From assembly GCA_900088475.1 (NCBI GenBank), contig FLMG01000540.1, forward strand, positions 124,001-188,000: DNA of 64,000 bases, in the 5' to 3' direction. The notes under the pieces were generated by a model. That model was not told the origin of the DNA and ran no database searches. It saw nothing but the letters and a program-made list of their open reading frames with translations. This document shows, piece by piece, positions 62,587-64,000 of the stretch. Each line of letters begins with the position of its first letter. Within the stretch, counting starts at the first letter, position 1. A program made the translations under genes and the position numbers. This DNA is from Hyphochytrium catenoides. Taxonomy: Eukaryota > Protista > Hyphochytriomycota.

Positions 62587-63527
62587 CTTAATCTCAGCTA
62601 TTCTCTACGCACTAGTTCCATCTGCAGAGAGTAGAGTTATAGTGCTCAGCTAAGTTATTGATTATGTCTGTCTCTTAAGAGAGGTTCAACTTCTTCGTAG
62701 ATCAGCCCGTGTTCCTTCCAACCGGTGGGGCCAGCTACATTCTCTCACTTCGTGGGCCTTTAATGCCAAGCCAAGTACCTCTCACCTCCCATTAAGCAGG
62801 GAGAGGGGATCAAACCTAGAGCTCGTTCTTCCATTAGTTGATGGCTCCTGTCTAGATCAACTACCTGTCACTCCTCGGCGCCATAGCTTTCCTCCTCTGA
62901 CCCGATCCTTCGCATACCCGCTTCCCTTTCCCCAGCGGTAGGTCAGGATGCAGGTGGCTGTGAGCCTTATTGAAGGAAAGGACTCTATTTGGCTGCCAGG
63001 GCCATTGTGCGGTCCTGAGAACCATCCGGCTCCTCCCTTACAGCCCCTAACCTTCAGTCATTAGAGGAAGAAGAGGTCCATCCAAGGGCCGCTTCCAGTG
63101 GACACACCACATATGATGATGAGCTCTACCTAGTGGTAAAGGGAGAGCACAAGCTCCCTGTAGTCAAACTACGCTGTCTCCTCCGTCTTCTCTTCCTTTC
63201 CTGAGTCTTTTCCCGCTTCCTGACCTCATCTCTACCTTCCACCGGCCTCCCATCTTCACTTTCTGAGTCTCTCAGTGGCTTCTGGACAGCCAGCCCTCCG
63301 TCCGTCCTCAGACGGTAGCGCGCGTGTTCGAAGGAAGATGATGACCTGGGCGCTCGTAACGACGGCACCCCATCCATCCTCAGAATCTCGAACGTCCTCC
63401 TTATAGAGGAGTGAGTTTGTCATCACCAGGTTAATGTATTGGAAGGTTTCACCCATAGTTTCATTGAAGTCTACGGGTGGGTGGGGCGATCAGGATTGCC
63501 ATCACGTCGGTTCGGTACAGCTGGATC

Positions 63528-63688
63528 AGAGAGAGAGAGAGAGCGAGAGAGAGAAAAAGAAGAGAGACAGAGGGAGAGAGAAAGAGAAAGGCAGCAGGGA
63601 GAGAGTAAGAGAGACAGAGACAGGAGGCAGACAGAGACAGAGAGGCAGACAGCGACAGAGCGGCAGACAGAGAGAGCTAGACAGAGAA
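63528..63688. repeat. Imperfect (GA)n/(CAGA)n low-complexity repeat
   Basis: GA/GACA-rich run that generates spurious R/E-rich ORFs. Confidence 0.85.
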
Positions 63689-64000
63689 AGTAGGAGTCAC
63701 AGAGGTGTTAGAGAGAGCTTGGAAGGGCCGATGATAGCCTGGGAGCTGCGCGCAGTTGTGGAGCTTGTCGTCTGCACTCAGAGTTAGACGCAAGCCTCGA
63801 TGCGCCGAGGACGGAGGCAGAAGCCGACGAGACGGAGTCGGCGACGGGAAAGATGAGGGCGCAGTTTGGGGCTCTTGCGCTGCTCTGCTTCCTGCTTTAT
63901 TCCGTCTCGATTGTCGAAGGAGGACGGAGCAGGACTGCATCCAGACGGCAGTTTCAGGTTGCGCTGCCTGCTGTGTGAGCGCTATTGCCTGTTCCTCTAA

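Noticed and set aside
62600-64000. Gene at the right end of the window
   Set aside because: Only short ORFs without recognisable motifs, mixed with low-complexity sequence.

Overview
This is a eukaryotic, gene-dense, intron-rich window (short GT-AG introns, three N-gaps) from a flagellated protist. A stramenopile-like lineage is inferred but not proven. The ORF track mostly shows exon fragments. By joining exons by eye I recognise, in order: BBOF1/CCDC176 (3' part), a GPR137-like 7TM protein, CCT2, an organellar bL25, CCDC146, an HMG-box + histone-fold fusion, an intronless PTC7-type PP2C, a large orphan ORF with a reading-frame switch, tRNA-Thr(AGT), a Trs65/TRAPPC13-14-like protein, a Qc-SNARE, an ENT nucleoside transporter, an ankyrin protein, WDR35/IFT121, a coiled-coil WW-WW-PDZ protein, FPGS, a DCN1-like protein and a ~9 kb gene encoding PH-VPS9-PDZ-ankyrin-REM-RasGEF. 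The last is the best candidate for an unusual system, because a Rab5-type GEF and a Ras-type GEF sit in one polypeptide. The 16-26.5 kb stretch next to the tRNA is atypical: few or no introns, decayed ORFs, repeats and microsatellites. No CRISPR array, transposase or prokaryotic system is supported. Exon boundaries and several start codons were read manually and are approximate.
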